From: Macrostomum lignano | Taxonomy: Eukaryota | NCBI GenBank assembly: GCA_002269645.1 | Contig: NIVC01001373.1 | Coordinates: forward strand, 124,001 to 188,000 | Length of the DNA: 64,000 nucleotides | Reading direction: 5' to 3' | Shown here: in pieces, positions 12,110 through 25,321 of the stretch | How the letters are laid out: each line of letters starts with the position of its first letter | How positions within the stretch are numbered: position 1 is the stretch's first letter | The notes under the pieces: model-generated | Databases searched by the model: none | What the model saw: only the letters and a program-made list of their open reading frames with translations | Told to the model about the DNA's origin: nothing | Translations under genes and position numbers: made by a program

Positions 12110-12410
12110 GCTTAGTGACTAAAATTGTCTAGAAATTGTCTTTTATTCTAATCTCATACCGCAACATACAACCCCTACAAAACGAAAGATCTTAGAGCCA
12201 ACAACGCTTTCATGTTGTATTTTTTAATGTGCTTTTTTGCTGAACTGGAATGAACTGGAGCAATCTTTTTTTAATTATTATAAATCCCTTTAAGTACACC
12301 GAGCCCAGATTGCACTGGAGAGTTATTATTAGTGTCAATTAGTTGCTATTAATAGAATTAATTTAATTTAGTCAAAATCCTTTGTAAGCCTCTTGCACCG
12401 TTTTCCTTGC

Positions 12411-14245
12411 TTTTATTTTTTGACCTGATTGAGACCAGATCTGACCTGACTGAGACCAGATCTGACCTGACTGAGACCAGATCTGACCTGACTGAGACCA
12501 GATCTGACCTGACTGAGACCAGATCTGACCTGACTGAGACCAGATCAGACCTGACTGATGCCAGAGACAAGACCAGACAGATACCAGAGACAAGACCAGA
12601 CAGATACCAGAGACAAGACCAGACAGATTCCGGACAAGACCAGACAGATACCGGAGACAAGACCAGACAGATACCAGAAACAAGACCAGACAGATACCGG
12701 ACAAGATCAGAGACCAGACAATGAGACAGATACCAGAGACAAGACCAGACAGATACCAGAGACAAGACCAGACAGATACCGGACAAGACCAGACAGATAC
12801 CGGACAAGACCAGACAGATACCAGAGACAAGGCTAGACAGATACCGGACAAGACCAGACAGATACCAGACAAGATCAGAGACCAGACTTTTATTTTTTGA
12901 CCTGATTGAGACCAGATCTGACCTGACTGAGACCAGATCTGACCTGACTGAGACCAGATCTGACCTGACTGAGACCAGATCTGACCTGACTGAGACCAGA
13001 TCAGACCTGACTGATGCCAGAGACAAGACCAGACAGATACCAGAGACAAGACCAGACAGATACCAGAGACAAGACCAGACAGATTCCGGACAAGACCAGA
13101 CAGATACCGGAGACAAGACCAGACAGATACCAGAGACAAGACCAGACAGATACCGGACAAGATCAGAGACCAGACAATGAGACAGATACCAGAGACAAGA
13201 CCAGACAGATACCAGAGACAAGACCAGACAGATACCGGACAAGACCAGACAGATACCGGACAAGATCAGAGACCAGACAATGAGACAGATACCAGAGACA
13301 AGACCAGACAGATACCGGACAAGATCAGAGACCAGACAATGAGACAGATACCAGAGACAAGACCAGACAGATACCGGACAAGATCAGAGACCAGACAATG
13401 AGACAGATACCAGAGACAAGACCAGACAGATACCGGACAAGATCAGAGACCAGACAATGAGACAGATACCAGAGACAAGACCAGACAGATACCAGAGACA
13501 AGACCAGACAGATACTGGACAAGACCAGACAGATACCAGAGACAAGGCTAGACAGATACCGGACAAGACCAGACAGATACCAGACAAGATCAGAGACCAG
13601 ACAATGAGACAGATACCAGAGACAAGACCAGACAGATACCAGAGACAAGACCAGACAGATACCGGACAAGACCAGACAGATACCGGACAAGATCAGAGAC
13701 CAGACAATGAGACAGATACCAGAGACAAGACCAGACAGATACCGGACAAGATCAGAGACCAGACAATGAGACAGATACCAGAGACAAGACCAGACAGATA
13801 CCGGACAAGACCAGACAGATACCAGAGACAAGGCTAGACAGATACCGGACAAGACCAGACAGATACCAGACAAGATCAGAGACCAGACAATGAGACAGAT
13901 ACCAGAGACAAGACCAGACAGATACCAGAGACAAGACCAGACAGATACCGGACAAGACCAGACAGATACCGGACAAGATCAGAGACCAGACAATGAGACA
14001 GATACCAGAGACAATACCAGACAGATACCGGACAAGATCAGAGACCAGACAATGAGACAGATACCAGAGACAAGACCAGACAGATACCGGACAAGATCAG
14101 ACAGATACCAGACAAGATCAGAGACCAGACAATGAGACAGATACCAGAGACAAGACCAGACAGATACCAGAGACAAGGCTAGACAGATACCGGACAAGAC
14201 CAGACAGATACCGGACAAGATCAGAGACCAGGCAATGAGACAGAT
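12411..14245. repeat. Compound minisatellite (21-bp GAGACCAGATCTGACCTGACT plus ~23-bp AGACAAGACCAGACAGATACC(AG/GG)) with higher-order duplication
   Basis: The block start TTTTATTTTTTGACCTGATTGAGACC occurs at 12411 and 12888. Confidence 0.95.
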
Positions 14246-15216
14246 ACCACTAGTAGCTAAGAGCAGCTAGCAGCACTTGCAACTTTAAGAGGCCGAGCCA
14301 GAGCACTGTAGAACAGAACTCGGCGGCCCTGTGGAAACTCTGGCAGACAAAGCCGCGCAACTCAGAAAAGTGAAAGCTGACGAGGCGGCGGAGTCAGCGA
14401 TCCGAATTTCGAGTGCTGTCCCGGAGTCTTTGTTCCCCCCCCCCCTGGCTGCCATGCGGCTCCGGATTGCGTTTGCGCCCGTCACAGCCAGCCAGACCTT
14501 CTTGGCACCGGGAAGTTCGGATGCAGGGCGGATGGCTGAGAAGTGGAAGGAGGAGCCGGGAAGTAGGCGGGCGCTCCGGAGTTGGCCGAGTAGAAAAACC
14601 TCCCTGACAGGCCGGGCCGGGCCGGTCGGCTTTACGCGTCGCCAACTTTTCCTTTCGCATCGGGCGCCTATAAGATGATGGGTGGGAGGAGGAGGAGTCT
14701 GCAGTAGGGGAAAGGTGACGATGCTGAGTTGCGCGGCAGCTGGTCGCATTTGCATAACTGTCTGAGATTGAGCAGCCCCTCGCATTATATTTATATACAC
14801 CATAGCTATTGGCTTCAATGTCAATGGGCCCGCGAATTTTCTGGTCGAATGCGTCCTCATTTATGCGGTCTTCGAGGACTGGTGGGCCGATTTTTTTCAC
14901 AGCCAACACCTCCCCCCCACGCCTCAGCCTTGGCAGTTCTTCAATTCTGTCAAGACGGCGCCAGGGATCTCAGTCAGTCAATAAAATATCGCATTTGTCA
15001 CACTGACAGGCGGCGGCCGGGCTGTCCTGGCATTCAAAGGGCACTCGCGGCTAGCAATGGTCCGACAGCTGGGCTGGAGACGGTCGCTAGAGTCGCGTAT
15101 CTCGCCTCGCCGAAGGCCGTTGGGGGATTGGTTTGTCTGTCCCGCAGTTGTCGGAGCTTGTCAATTTTTTCCGTGTTTTATTAATTACTCTATTTTTGGC
15201 AGACTTGCTTATCTGT

Positions 15217-17993
15217 CAGGGGGCGCTACCTTGGGGACACCATCGTCAGGGGTGCCACCTTGGGGACACCATCGTCAGGGCCGCCATCTTGGGGACACCA
15301 TCGTCAGGGCGGCCATCTTGGGGACACCATTGTCAGGGGCGCCACCTTGGGGACACCATTGTCAGGGGCGCCATCTTAGGGACACCATCTTCAGGGGCGC
15401 CACTTTGGGGACACCATCTTCAGGGGCGCCACCTTAGGGACACCATCTTCAGGGGCGCCATCTTGGGGACACCATCTTCAGGGGCGCCACCTTGGGGACA
15501 CCATCTTCAGGGGCGCCATCTTGGGGACACCATCTTCAGGGGCGCCACCTTGGGGACACCATCTTCAGGGGTGCCACCTCGGGGACACCATTGTCAGGGG
15601 CGCCATCTTAGGGACACCATCTTCAGGGGCGCCACTTTGGGGACACCATCTTCAGGGGCGCCACCTTGGGGACACCATCCTCAGGGGCGCCACCTTGGGG
15701 ACACCATCTTCAGGGGCGCCATCTTGGGGACACCATCTTCAGGGGCGCCATCTTGGGGACACCATTGTCAGGGGCGCCATCTTGGGGACACCATCTTCAG
15801 GGGCGCCACCTTGGGGACACCATCTTCAGGGGCGCCACCTTGGGGACACCATCTTCAGGGGCGCCACCTTGAAGACACCATCTTCAGGGGCGCCACCTTG
15901 AAGACACCATCTTCAGGGGCGCCACCTTGGGGACACCATTGTCAGGGGCACCATCTTGGGGACACCATCTTCAGGGGTGCCACCTCGGGGACACCATCTT
16001 CAGGGGCGCCACCTCGGGGACACCATTGTCAGGGGCGCCACCTCGGGGACACCATTGTCAGAGGCGCCATTTTGGGGACACCATTGTCAGAGGCGCCATC
16101 TTGGGGACACCATTGTCAGAGGCGCCATCTTGGGGACACCATCTTCAGGGGCGCCACCTTGGGGACCCCATCGTCAGGGGCGCCACCTTGGGGACACCAT
16201 CTTCAGGGGCGCCATCTTGGGGACATCATCGTCAGGGCGGCCATCTTGGGGACACCATCTTCAGGGGTGCCACCTCGGGGACACCATTGTCAGGGGCGCC
16301 ATCTTAGGGACACCATCTTCAGGGGCGCCACCTTGGGGACACCATCTTCAGGGGCGCCACCTTGGGGACACCATCCTCAGGGGCGCCACCTTGGGGACAC
16401 CATCTTCAGGGGCGCCATCTTGGGGACACCATCTTCAGGGGCGCCACCTTGGGGACACCATCTTCAGGGGCGCCATCTTGGGGACACCATCTTCAGGGGC
16501 GCCACCTTGGGGACACCATCTTCAGGGGCGCCACCTTGGGGACACCATTGTCAGAGGCGCCATCTTGGGGACACCATTGTCAGGGGCGCCATCTTGGGGA
16601 CACCATTGTCAGAGGCGCCATCTTGGGGACACCATCTTCAGGGGCGCCACCTTGGGGACACCATCGTCAGGGGCGCCATCTTGGGGACACCATCTTCAGG
16701 GGTGCCACCTCGGGGACACCATCTTCAGGGGCGCCACCTCGGGGACACCATTGTCAGGGGCGCCACCTCGGGGACACCATTGTCAGAGGCGCCATCTTGG
16801 GGACACCATTGTCAGAGGCGCCATCTTGGGGACACCATTGTCAGAGGCGCCATCTTGGGGACACCATCTTCAGGGGCGCCACCTTGGGGACACCATCGTC
16901 AGGGGCGCCACCTTGGGGACACCATCTTCAGGGGCGCCATCTTGGGGACATCATCTTCAGGGGCGCCATCTTGGGGACATCATCTTCAGGGGCGCCATCT
17001 TGGGGACACCATTGTTAAGGGCGCCGCCAATTTGGGGACACCATCGTCAGGGGCGCCATCTTGGGGACACCATCGTCAGGGGCACCACCTTAAGGACACC
17101 ATTGCCAGGGACGCCGTTAATTTGGGGACACCATTGTAGATACCATTGTCAGGGGCGCCGCTAATTTGGGGACACCATTGTCAGGGGCGCCGCCAATTTG
17201 GGGACACCATTGTCAGGGGCGCCGCCAATTTGGGGACACCATTGTCAGGGGCGCCACCCTGGGGACACCATCGTCAGGGGCGCCATCTTGGGGACACCAT
17301 CGTCAGGGGCACCAACTTAAGGACACCATTGTCAGGGGCGCCATCTTGGGGACACCATTGTCAGGGGCGCCGCCAATTTGGGGACACCATTGTCAGGGGC
17401 GCCGCCAATTTGGGGACACCATTGTCAGGGGCGCCGCCAATTTGGGGACACCATTGTCAGGGGCGCCGCCAATTTGGGGACACCATTGTCAGGGGCGCCA
17501 CCTTGGGGACACCATCGTCAGGGGCGCCATCTTGGGGACACCATTGTCAGGGGCGCCATCTTGGGGACACCATTGTCAGGGGCGCCGCCAATTTGGGGAC
17601 ACCATTGTCAGGGGCGCCGCCAATTTGGGGACACCATTGTCAGGGGCGCCATCTTGGGGACACCATTGTCAGGGGCGCCGCCAATTTGGGGACACCATTG
17701 TCAGGGGCGCCGCCAATTTGGGGACACCATTGTCAGGGGCGCCGCCAATTTGGGGACACCATTGTCAGGGGCGCCGCCAATTTGGGGACACCATTGTCAG
17801 GGGCGCCGCCAATTTGGGGACACCATTGTCAGGGGCGCCGCCAATTTGGGGACACCATTGTCAGGGGCGCCGCCAATTTGGGGACACCATTGTCAGGGGC
17901 GCCACCTTGGGGACACCATCGTCAGGGGCGCCATCTTGGGGACACCATCGTCAGGGGCACCACCTTAAGGACACCATTGTCAGGGGCGCCCTG
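15217..17993. repeat. GC-rich minisatellite; 29-bp unit CAGGGGCGCCACCTTGGGGACACCATCTT grading into a 32-bp unit AGGGGCGCCGCCAATTTGGGGACACCATTGTC
   Basis: ~2.8-kb tandem array; the unit switch starts at about 17020. Confidence 0.97.
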
Positions 17994-18792
17994 GTAAAAA
18001 GTAGAATGGTGTAAGAATTTTAGTAGCTCGTAAAAATACGACCATGTCACGGTGGCGCGGCGAGAGAAGCCTCTCGTTGAGATCCGGGCTTCAAAGTCTG
18101 CGATCGGGGAGGGGGGCAGAGCAGACAAAGAGGATCGGCGAGAGGAGCAAAAAAGCTCGAGAAGAAATCCCTTCTTGACTTCGGCAAGGCCTGCCTGCCC
18201 TTCTCCTTATTTTATTCCCAATATTCGAATTCGATCAACCGAATTCGAGGGCCCGGGCAAATCCCCAGACAGGCTACGGATAGTGGTCCCCGTCAAAGGG
18301 GGGTCCAGCGTCCCCGCTCTCCAGCTTCCCTTCTCCATCGGGCTTATAAAGCCTTACCTGGCGCGTTCTCTCCTGCGCTCGGTCAGCCGTGCGCGCATTT
18401 ATTGGGGGATCCGGGGGGGGGGGGGGTCTGTCTCCCAGCGATCCCATTTCCCATGCAGTCGCTGATCATTCGAGGGCCTCTCCGCTGCGTGCGAATCTGC
18501 AGTCTTCCCAATTCTGCCTTGGCTTCCTCCTGTAAGCCTCCGCCATCCCACGGTACTACGGGACCCAGGTGCCCTTGCTCGAGCACCTTCGTGCTCAAGT
18601 GCGCTGGCTGCGCTGGTGCTCACAGCCGGTGTGAGCCTCTCTTGTTGGGCTGGGTTTGAATTTCCTTTGTCACTCATTTGCGACACTAGCCTCTCCCCGA
18701 TGGAGTATCAGTTTCAAATTGATGAACCGCTTTGTTCACTTTCTGCGGGGACTCCAGTTTACAACACTGTTCAAATAGGTCACTTAGAACAC

Positions 18793-20143
18793 AGAGAGCG
18801 CCACATTAGAATCCAGAGAGCGCCAGATTAGAATCTAGGAGAGCGCCAGATTAGAATCTAGGAGAGCGCCAGATTAGAATCTAGGAGGGCGCCAGATTAG
18901 AATCCAGAGAGCGCCAGATTAGAATCTAGGAGAGCGCCAGATTAGAATCCAGAGAGCGCAGATTATAATCTAGGAGAGCGCCAGATTAGAATCTAGGAGA
19001 GCGCCAGATTAGAATCTAGGAGGGCGCCAGATTAGAATCCAGAGAGCGCCAGATTAGAATCCAGAGAGCGCCAGATTAGAATCTAGGAGAGCGCCAGATT
19101 AGAATCTAGGAGAGCGCCAGATTAGAATCCAGAGAGCGCCAGATTAGAATCTAGGAGAGCGCCAGATTATAATCTAGGAGAGCGCCAGATTAGAATCTAT
19201 TAGAGCGCCAGATTAGAATCTAGGAGAGCGCCAGATTAGAATCCAGAGAGCGCCAGATTAGAATCTAGGAGAGCGCCAGATTAGAATCTAGGAGAGCGCC
19301 AGATTAGAATCTATTAGAGCGCCAGATTAGAATCCAGAGAGCGCCAGATTAGAATCTAGGAGAGCGCCAGATTATAATCTAGGAGAGCGCCAGATTAGAA
19401 TCTATTAGAGCGCCAGACTAGAATCTAGGAGAGCGCCAGATTAGAATCCAGAGAGCGCCAGATTAGAATCTAGGAGAGCGCCAGATTAGAATCTAGAGAG
19501 CGCCAGATTAGAATCTAGAGAGCGCCAGATTATAATCTAGGAGAGCGCCAGATTAGAATCTATTAGAGCGCCAGATTAGAATCTAGGAGGGCGCCAGATT
19601 AGAATCCAGAGAGCGTCAGATTAGAATCCAGAGAGCGCCAGATTAGAATCTAGGAGAGCGCCAGATTAGAATCTAGGAGAGCGCCAGATTAGAATCTATT
19701 AGAGCGCCAGATTAGAATCTAGGAGAGCGCCAGATTAGAATCTAGAGAGCGCCAGATTAGAATCTAGAGAGCGCCAGATTATAATCTAGGAGAGCGCCAG
19801 ATTAGAATCTATTAGAGCCCCAGATTAGAATCTAGGAGGGCGCCAGATTAGAATCCAGAGAGCGCCAGATTAGAATCCAGAGAGCGCCAGATTAGAATCT
19901 AGGAGAGCGCCAGATTAGAATCTAGGAGAGCGCCAGATTAGAATCTATTAGAGCGCCAGATTAGAATCTAGGAGAGCGCCAGATTAGAATCTAGAGAGCG
20001 CCAGATTAGAATCTGGATAGCGCCAGATTAGAATCCAGAGAGCGCCAGATTAGAATCTGGAGAGCGCCAGATTAGAATCCAGAGAGCGCCAGATTAGAAT
20101 CCAGAGAGCGCCAGATTAGAATCTGGAGAGCGCCAGATTAGAA
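18793..20143. repeat. Minisatellite, 22-23-bp unit (AG)GAGAGCGCCAGATTAGAATCT/CC
   Basis: Tandem array, ~60 copies; units contain the inverted motif AGATT-AG-AATCT. Confidence 0.97.
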
Positions 20144-20977
20144 CCCAACTGACAACATTCTATTGTAAATGTACAAGATGGGTAACATTGCGGATCTTGA
20201 ATATTTACGAGTAAGTGGGAAGTGTAGACTTACTTGTAATCAATTGGGCTTACGAACATCGAATATTCACCTGACTGAACCCGAAAGCTGCACCACAGTC
20301 CTGGATGGTTAATCAAAGGTGAGAAAAACTGCCGAAACTCGAGATCAACATCTTTTTCGCGCTTCCAAATAGGCAAATCAACAACAAAAACAACACACAG
20401 AGTTGTCAGTGCGTCTCTTTTGCCCCTTCGAATGCTTCTTGATCAAGAGTTTCCTCTTGCAAGTCGCGTCCACGGAGTCCTGTGCGCACCTCTTGCTCAG
20501 AACTTTCTCTCTCTGATTGGCTGAAGCCAAGCGGAAAACTATAATGATGAGCCCTGCGGAGCCCCGGGGCTCGCCGGGGACCTGCATGCGGTGCGCAAAC
20601 AAAGTGGCCTAATTGAACCGGAGCTACCCGGACCCCCAGGCGGACAAACATTCGCCACAACCCGGGGACGAATTGAGAATCAACACGCGGGAGGGGCGAG
20701 ATTTTTCTGTTTCGTGTTTGGGAAATTTATCCCCTAAAACCTTCGATGCCTATGCGAGCGGCTGATCGAACTCCCAGAGCTGGGGAAATTGTTCCGCATG
20801 CAGCCAAGCGAACTGGAGGGAGTTTCGCTTGCTGGCTCCCCTCCTCGAACACCTTGGCCACTTTCTCCCAGCCAGGGAGGCCCAGAGCAAGGACCTGGAA
20901 GGGGGTGTTTGACAAGCTTGAAAGTTTCCAGTTGCTTCCGCTGACTGGCAAACTTGATTGAATTCGACAAAGAACAC

Positions 20978-21480
20978 TTGTGAAGTTCCGAGCTTATGAA
21001 GTTTCGAGCTTGTGAAGTTCCGAGCTTGTGAAGTTCCGAGCTTGTGAAGTTCCGAGCTTGTGAAGTTCCAAGTTTGTGAAGTTCCAAGTTTGTGAAGTTC
21101 CGAGCTTGTGAAGTTCCGAGCTTGTGAAGTTCCGAGCTTGTGAAGTTCCAAGTTTGTGAAGCTTCGAGCTTGTGAAGTTCCAAGTTTGTGAAGCTTCGAG
21201 CTTGTGAAGTTCCAAGTTTGTGAAGCTTCGAGCTTGTGAAGTTCCAAGTTTGTGAAGCTTCGAGCTTGTGAAGTTCCAAGTTTGTGAAGCTTCGAGCTTG
21301 TGAAGTTCCAAGTTTGTGAAGTTCCGAGCTTGTGAAGTTCCAAGTTTGTGAAGCTTCGAGCTTGTGAAGTTCCAAGTTTGTGAAGCTTCGAGCTTGTGAA
21401 GTTCCAAGTTTGTGAAGCTTCGAGCTTGTGAAGTTCCAAGTTTGTGAAGCTTCGAGCTTGTGAAGTTCCAAGTTTGTGAA
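20978..21480. repeat. Minisatellite, 16-bp unit TTGTGAAGTTCC(G/A)AG(C/T), forming 32-bp dimers in the 3' half
   Basis: Tandem array, ~31 copies. Confidence 0.96.
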
Positions 21481-22239
21481 AGCAAAAGTATTGACAGCAG
21501 TTTTAAGCTTTTGTTCAGAGCCGCTGTTTTATCGGGCCTCCAGCACTCCAGCTTCCTAGTTCCAGATCTCCTTGGCCCCATCCGGAGCTTCGCATCCCGC
21601 AGCCCCCCATCTCCCTTTCACAACCCCGATTTCACGCCCGGCTGGGCCCCCACAGCCAGCAAGATTTGACAAAGTCTGCTGTTCTGTGAACAGTGAGCAC
21701 CCCATTAGCCGATCTGACGTTTGAGTCCCATATTCTCTATTATTATATCATGATGGCGAATTTCAATTTCGATGCAGCCTCTCAGCTTTAGTCTTTTTTT
21801 GCTTTTAGAACTCGTATTAAACTCTTTACAGGCCTGCGCTGCTCCGAGCTCCATCTTCTCAAATCCTCGCTTTGACTGCTTTGTGATCCCAACTTGTTAG
21901 CCTTTGCTCCGAGCACGCACTGTTCACCCGCCTCCCCCCACCGCTTCCCCTAATTACCGCACCTGCATTCGCCTTCTGCTCTGGAGCTCCTTACCCACGC
22001 GTTTCTCGCTCGTTCGCTTAGGGGGAGCCACTATCAGCTGCTGCTGATCGCTGAGGGCGCTAGCGGCATTCTCGCGTGCCTGCGAGGGATCCTCGGCCCT
22101 GCCTGATCTGTTGATCAAACTGGCATCCTTGTGCTGCATGAGTTGGGAGCTTTTGTGCGATCTGCATCAGTGCGTGTTTAAAAACCCAAATTCGTTCGTA
22201 GCTATCCCAATAATGATACTTAGTTATCCCATTGCTGCT

Positions 22240-22620
22240 AGCCTCCATTCCCCAATGCCAGCTTCCATTCCACAATGCCAGCTTCCATTCCCCAATGCCA
22301 GCTTCCATCCCCCAATGTCAGCTTCCATCCCCCCAATGTCAGCTTCCATTCCACAATGCCAGCTTCCATTCCACAATGCCAGCTTCCATTCCACAATGCC
22401 AGCTTCCATCCACGCAGCTTCCATCCATGCAGCTTCCATCCATGCAGCTTCCATCCCTGCAGCTTCCATCCACGCAGCTTCCATCCATGCAGCTTCCATC
22501 CATGCAGCTTCCATCCATGCAGCTTCCATCCACGCAGCTTCCATCCACGCAGCTTCCATCCATGCAGCTTCCATCCATGCAGCTTCCATCCATGCAGCTT
22601 CCATCCACGCAGCTTCCATC
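22240..22620. repeat. Minisatellite CAGCTTCCAT core (21-22-bp units then 15-bp units)
   Basis: Tandem periodicity. Confidence 0.94.
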
Positions 22621-24147
22621 CCTTTCTCCCAATACATGTAAGGCTACAGAATCCGAACCAGACGGCCCAGACCCAGCAATGGTACATGCACATTATTTCA
22701 ATTAGAGCTCCATTGTCAAGATTCAGATTCAAGGCGTCTCAAAGTCACATCGATACGTCAGTCAGGTGATCTGTAGGTAATTAATAATTGGGTACATAGA
22801 CAAAAGTGAGTGACACACACTTCACAGCTGATCAATCTTGCTGATCTCAGTGCAGTTGATAGCGAGATGGCTACAGCTGGGTAGGTGCGGAGGAGAGAGT
22901 AGAAGGCAGAGATGAAACGTCAAGATAACTCGGCTTGGGATCTGAGATTCGCGCGCGCCTCAACGACTCTTGACTCGCAAAATTGTTGTTATTGCATTGT
23001 TTGAGCAGCAGTGCAAAGCCGCCATCCCGGAGGGGCGGGGATCAAGGGGGGGCGCCTCAGTAACCCAATATCCTCAGGCCACGATTTTAACAACACCGAC
23101 TTTTGAGATCGAAAATAATACTCTAACAAGCCGATGAGGCACCTGATTGAGTCGCCGGTTCATAAATAAGTTCTCGCTCATTTCTCTCGCGCTGTTCCCA
23201 GAGTAAATAGCCATAGTTGCTATGCTCACCCTCTCTCTCTCGGGGTTCTCAGACCGGCCTCTCTACACACGGCCTGGGCTGGAATTCTCAGATTTTCCCA
23301 AGACCTGCGGGCCCAAGCTGCAGATGTCCCCCCCCCTCTGAGCTCCTTCCGCTCCGCTGACCGCCACCGCGGCTCCCACAAACAGCCCGCAGACCCCCCC
23401 CGTCTTCCGCTTGCCTGCCCGCGCACAAAGTCGCTCTGCGCTCCCCTTTCTCCCCTCCAGCCCCGCCGAAGTCTTGATCGCTTGCCCCCCTCCCCAACCC
23501 CCCGGTGCGTCGCCTTCGCTCCACGGACTCGGGACTCGAACCTGGGCCGCCGTCGCCGCCGAGTTGCCGACACTTTGTGACGAAAGCAACCGGAAGACAA
23601 AAGCTTTTTTTTCAAAGTATTTTGTCTGCTGGGCCTTCCTCTACCATTGGCGGTGCGGTTGGGAACTCCCCGCGGTGAATGGGGAAGGCGCTCAGTTCTG
23701 AGAGGGAGATTGCAGGGGAGGTTAAGTCCCTCCAGAGTTCCGATGGGGAGGCAGATTTTCTGCTGCGCTGATCCGCAGGAATTTATCCCCATTGTGGGCC
23801 GGGAATCTGAGCCCTATGCTCAGGAGGTTTGCAAACACCGCCTTGCCATGTGATTTGCCCAGCGGGAGGTCTGCTTGGGAAAAATTTGCTGGCCTCATCA
23901 TACGCGGGATGCTGGATCCGGCGGGACTGCGCCATCATCGCTCTTAGAACTGATAATTTTGGCCTTTGAGAACTTTTCAAGCCGTGTGCAGAGAAATTCA
24001 ATCAGCACAAAGAGAAGCTGAATTGGGGTAGCGAGCTCGGCGATTTGCATCTTGTTTGTCCGAATGACTTTAGTCTTGGAGTAATCGAATTTACCTGTCA
24101 TTGGCTGTCTTCCCGCCGGCTCGCTTCAGTGGAGACTGGCTTCTGCC

Positions 24148-24625
24148 GTCCTCCCTGTACCGCTTGGAGCAGGTCTTCCGCCCCCCCCCCTGTACCGCTT
24201 GGAGCAGGTCTTCCGCCCCCCCCCCTGTACCGCTTGGAGCAGGTCTTCCGCCCCCCCCCTGTACCGCTTGGAGCAGGTCTTCCGCCCCCCCCTGTACCGC
24301 TTGGAGCAGATCTTCCGCCCACCCCCCTGTACCGCTTGGAGCAGATCTTCCGCCCCCCCCTGTACGCTTAGAGCAGGTCTTCCGCCCCCCCTGTACCGCT
24401 TGGAGCAGGTCTTCCGCCCCCCCCTGTACCGCTTGGAGCAGGTCTTCCGCCCCCCCCCCTGTACCGCTTGGAGCAGGTCTTCCGCCCCCCCCCCTGTACC
24501 GCTTGGAGCAGGTCTTCCCCCCCCCCCCTGTACCGCTTGGAGCAGGTCTTCTGCCCCCCCCCCTGTACCGCTTGGAGCAGGTCTTCCGCCCCCCTGTACC
24601 GCTTGGAGCAGGTCTTCCGCCCCCC
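24148..24625. repeat. Minisatellite, ~31-35-bp unit CnTGTACCGCTTGGAGCAGGTCTTCCG
   Basis: ~14 copies differing mainly in C-run length. Confidence 0.95.
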
Positions 24626-25321
24626 AAATCACTCGGATGCCGGTCTTCAGCCTCCCCCCACTAGATCAATCGGTAATATTTGCCATCTTCGCGAGTCTCC
24701 CAGTGAATTTGCAGCACCTGGTTTTCCTGACCCAAGCAGCTTTGAGAACACAGGAGAAGCAAAGGCAGCCAGGACGAGACGAAAACGAGATTCTAATGGA
24801 CCCCGGTCTGTGGGACGCAGCGATGCGCACCTCGAGTATTCGGTGTGGGATAAATATCCCTGGGGAGAACGGGTCAGGCCTGAGAGCGGGAGGGGCTGAA
24901 AAGGATTTCCCACAGCTCTCCGCATCCCCAACACACAAATTAGCAGAGGCTTGGGATAAATGCACCTCGCAGAATTATCCTCCTTCTCTTCACCGGCGCC
25001 CCTCCTGCGGGTTTCCCATGAGCAGCTTCCTGCAGCCTCTCCGGGGCCTTCGTCTGTCATTTGCCTTTCGTTTCCAGGCTTCTCAGCCCACCTGCATTCC
25101 GCAATCAGCGGCGCCCCGGCTCATCCCCAACTCGCGGGCCCGTGCCGCCAGGCGAGCGGAAAATCAGGTTAAAGGGAAAAATGCCCCGCGGGATGTTTTT
25201 GCGACTGCTGCGCGTAAATGTAAAAATTCTTTTCTCCTCTTTGCTGCGCGCGGCTTCTGTTTTGCTGGCAATCGATCTGCCCTGCGAGACTGCGCTGGGA
25301 TGCTAGATTGGGACACAGAGA

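Noticed and set aside
14331-14678. 115-aa GTG-initiated ORF and overlapping ORFs
   Set aside because: No recognisable domain, no consistent splice partners, and codon usage unlike the real exons
15217-17993. CAGGG...CCCTG ends as MITE TIRs around the GC-rich array
   Set aside because: The flanks TTATCTGT and GTAAAAAG are not a target-site duplication; the ends are simply part of the repeat unit
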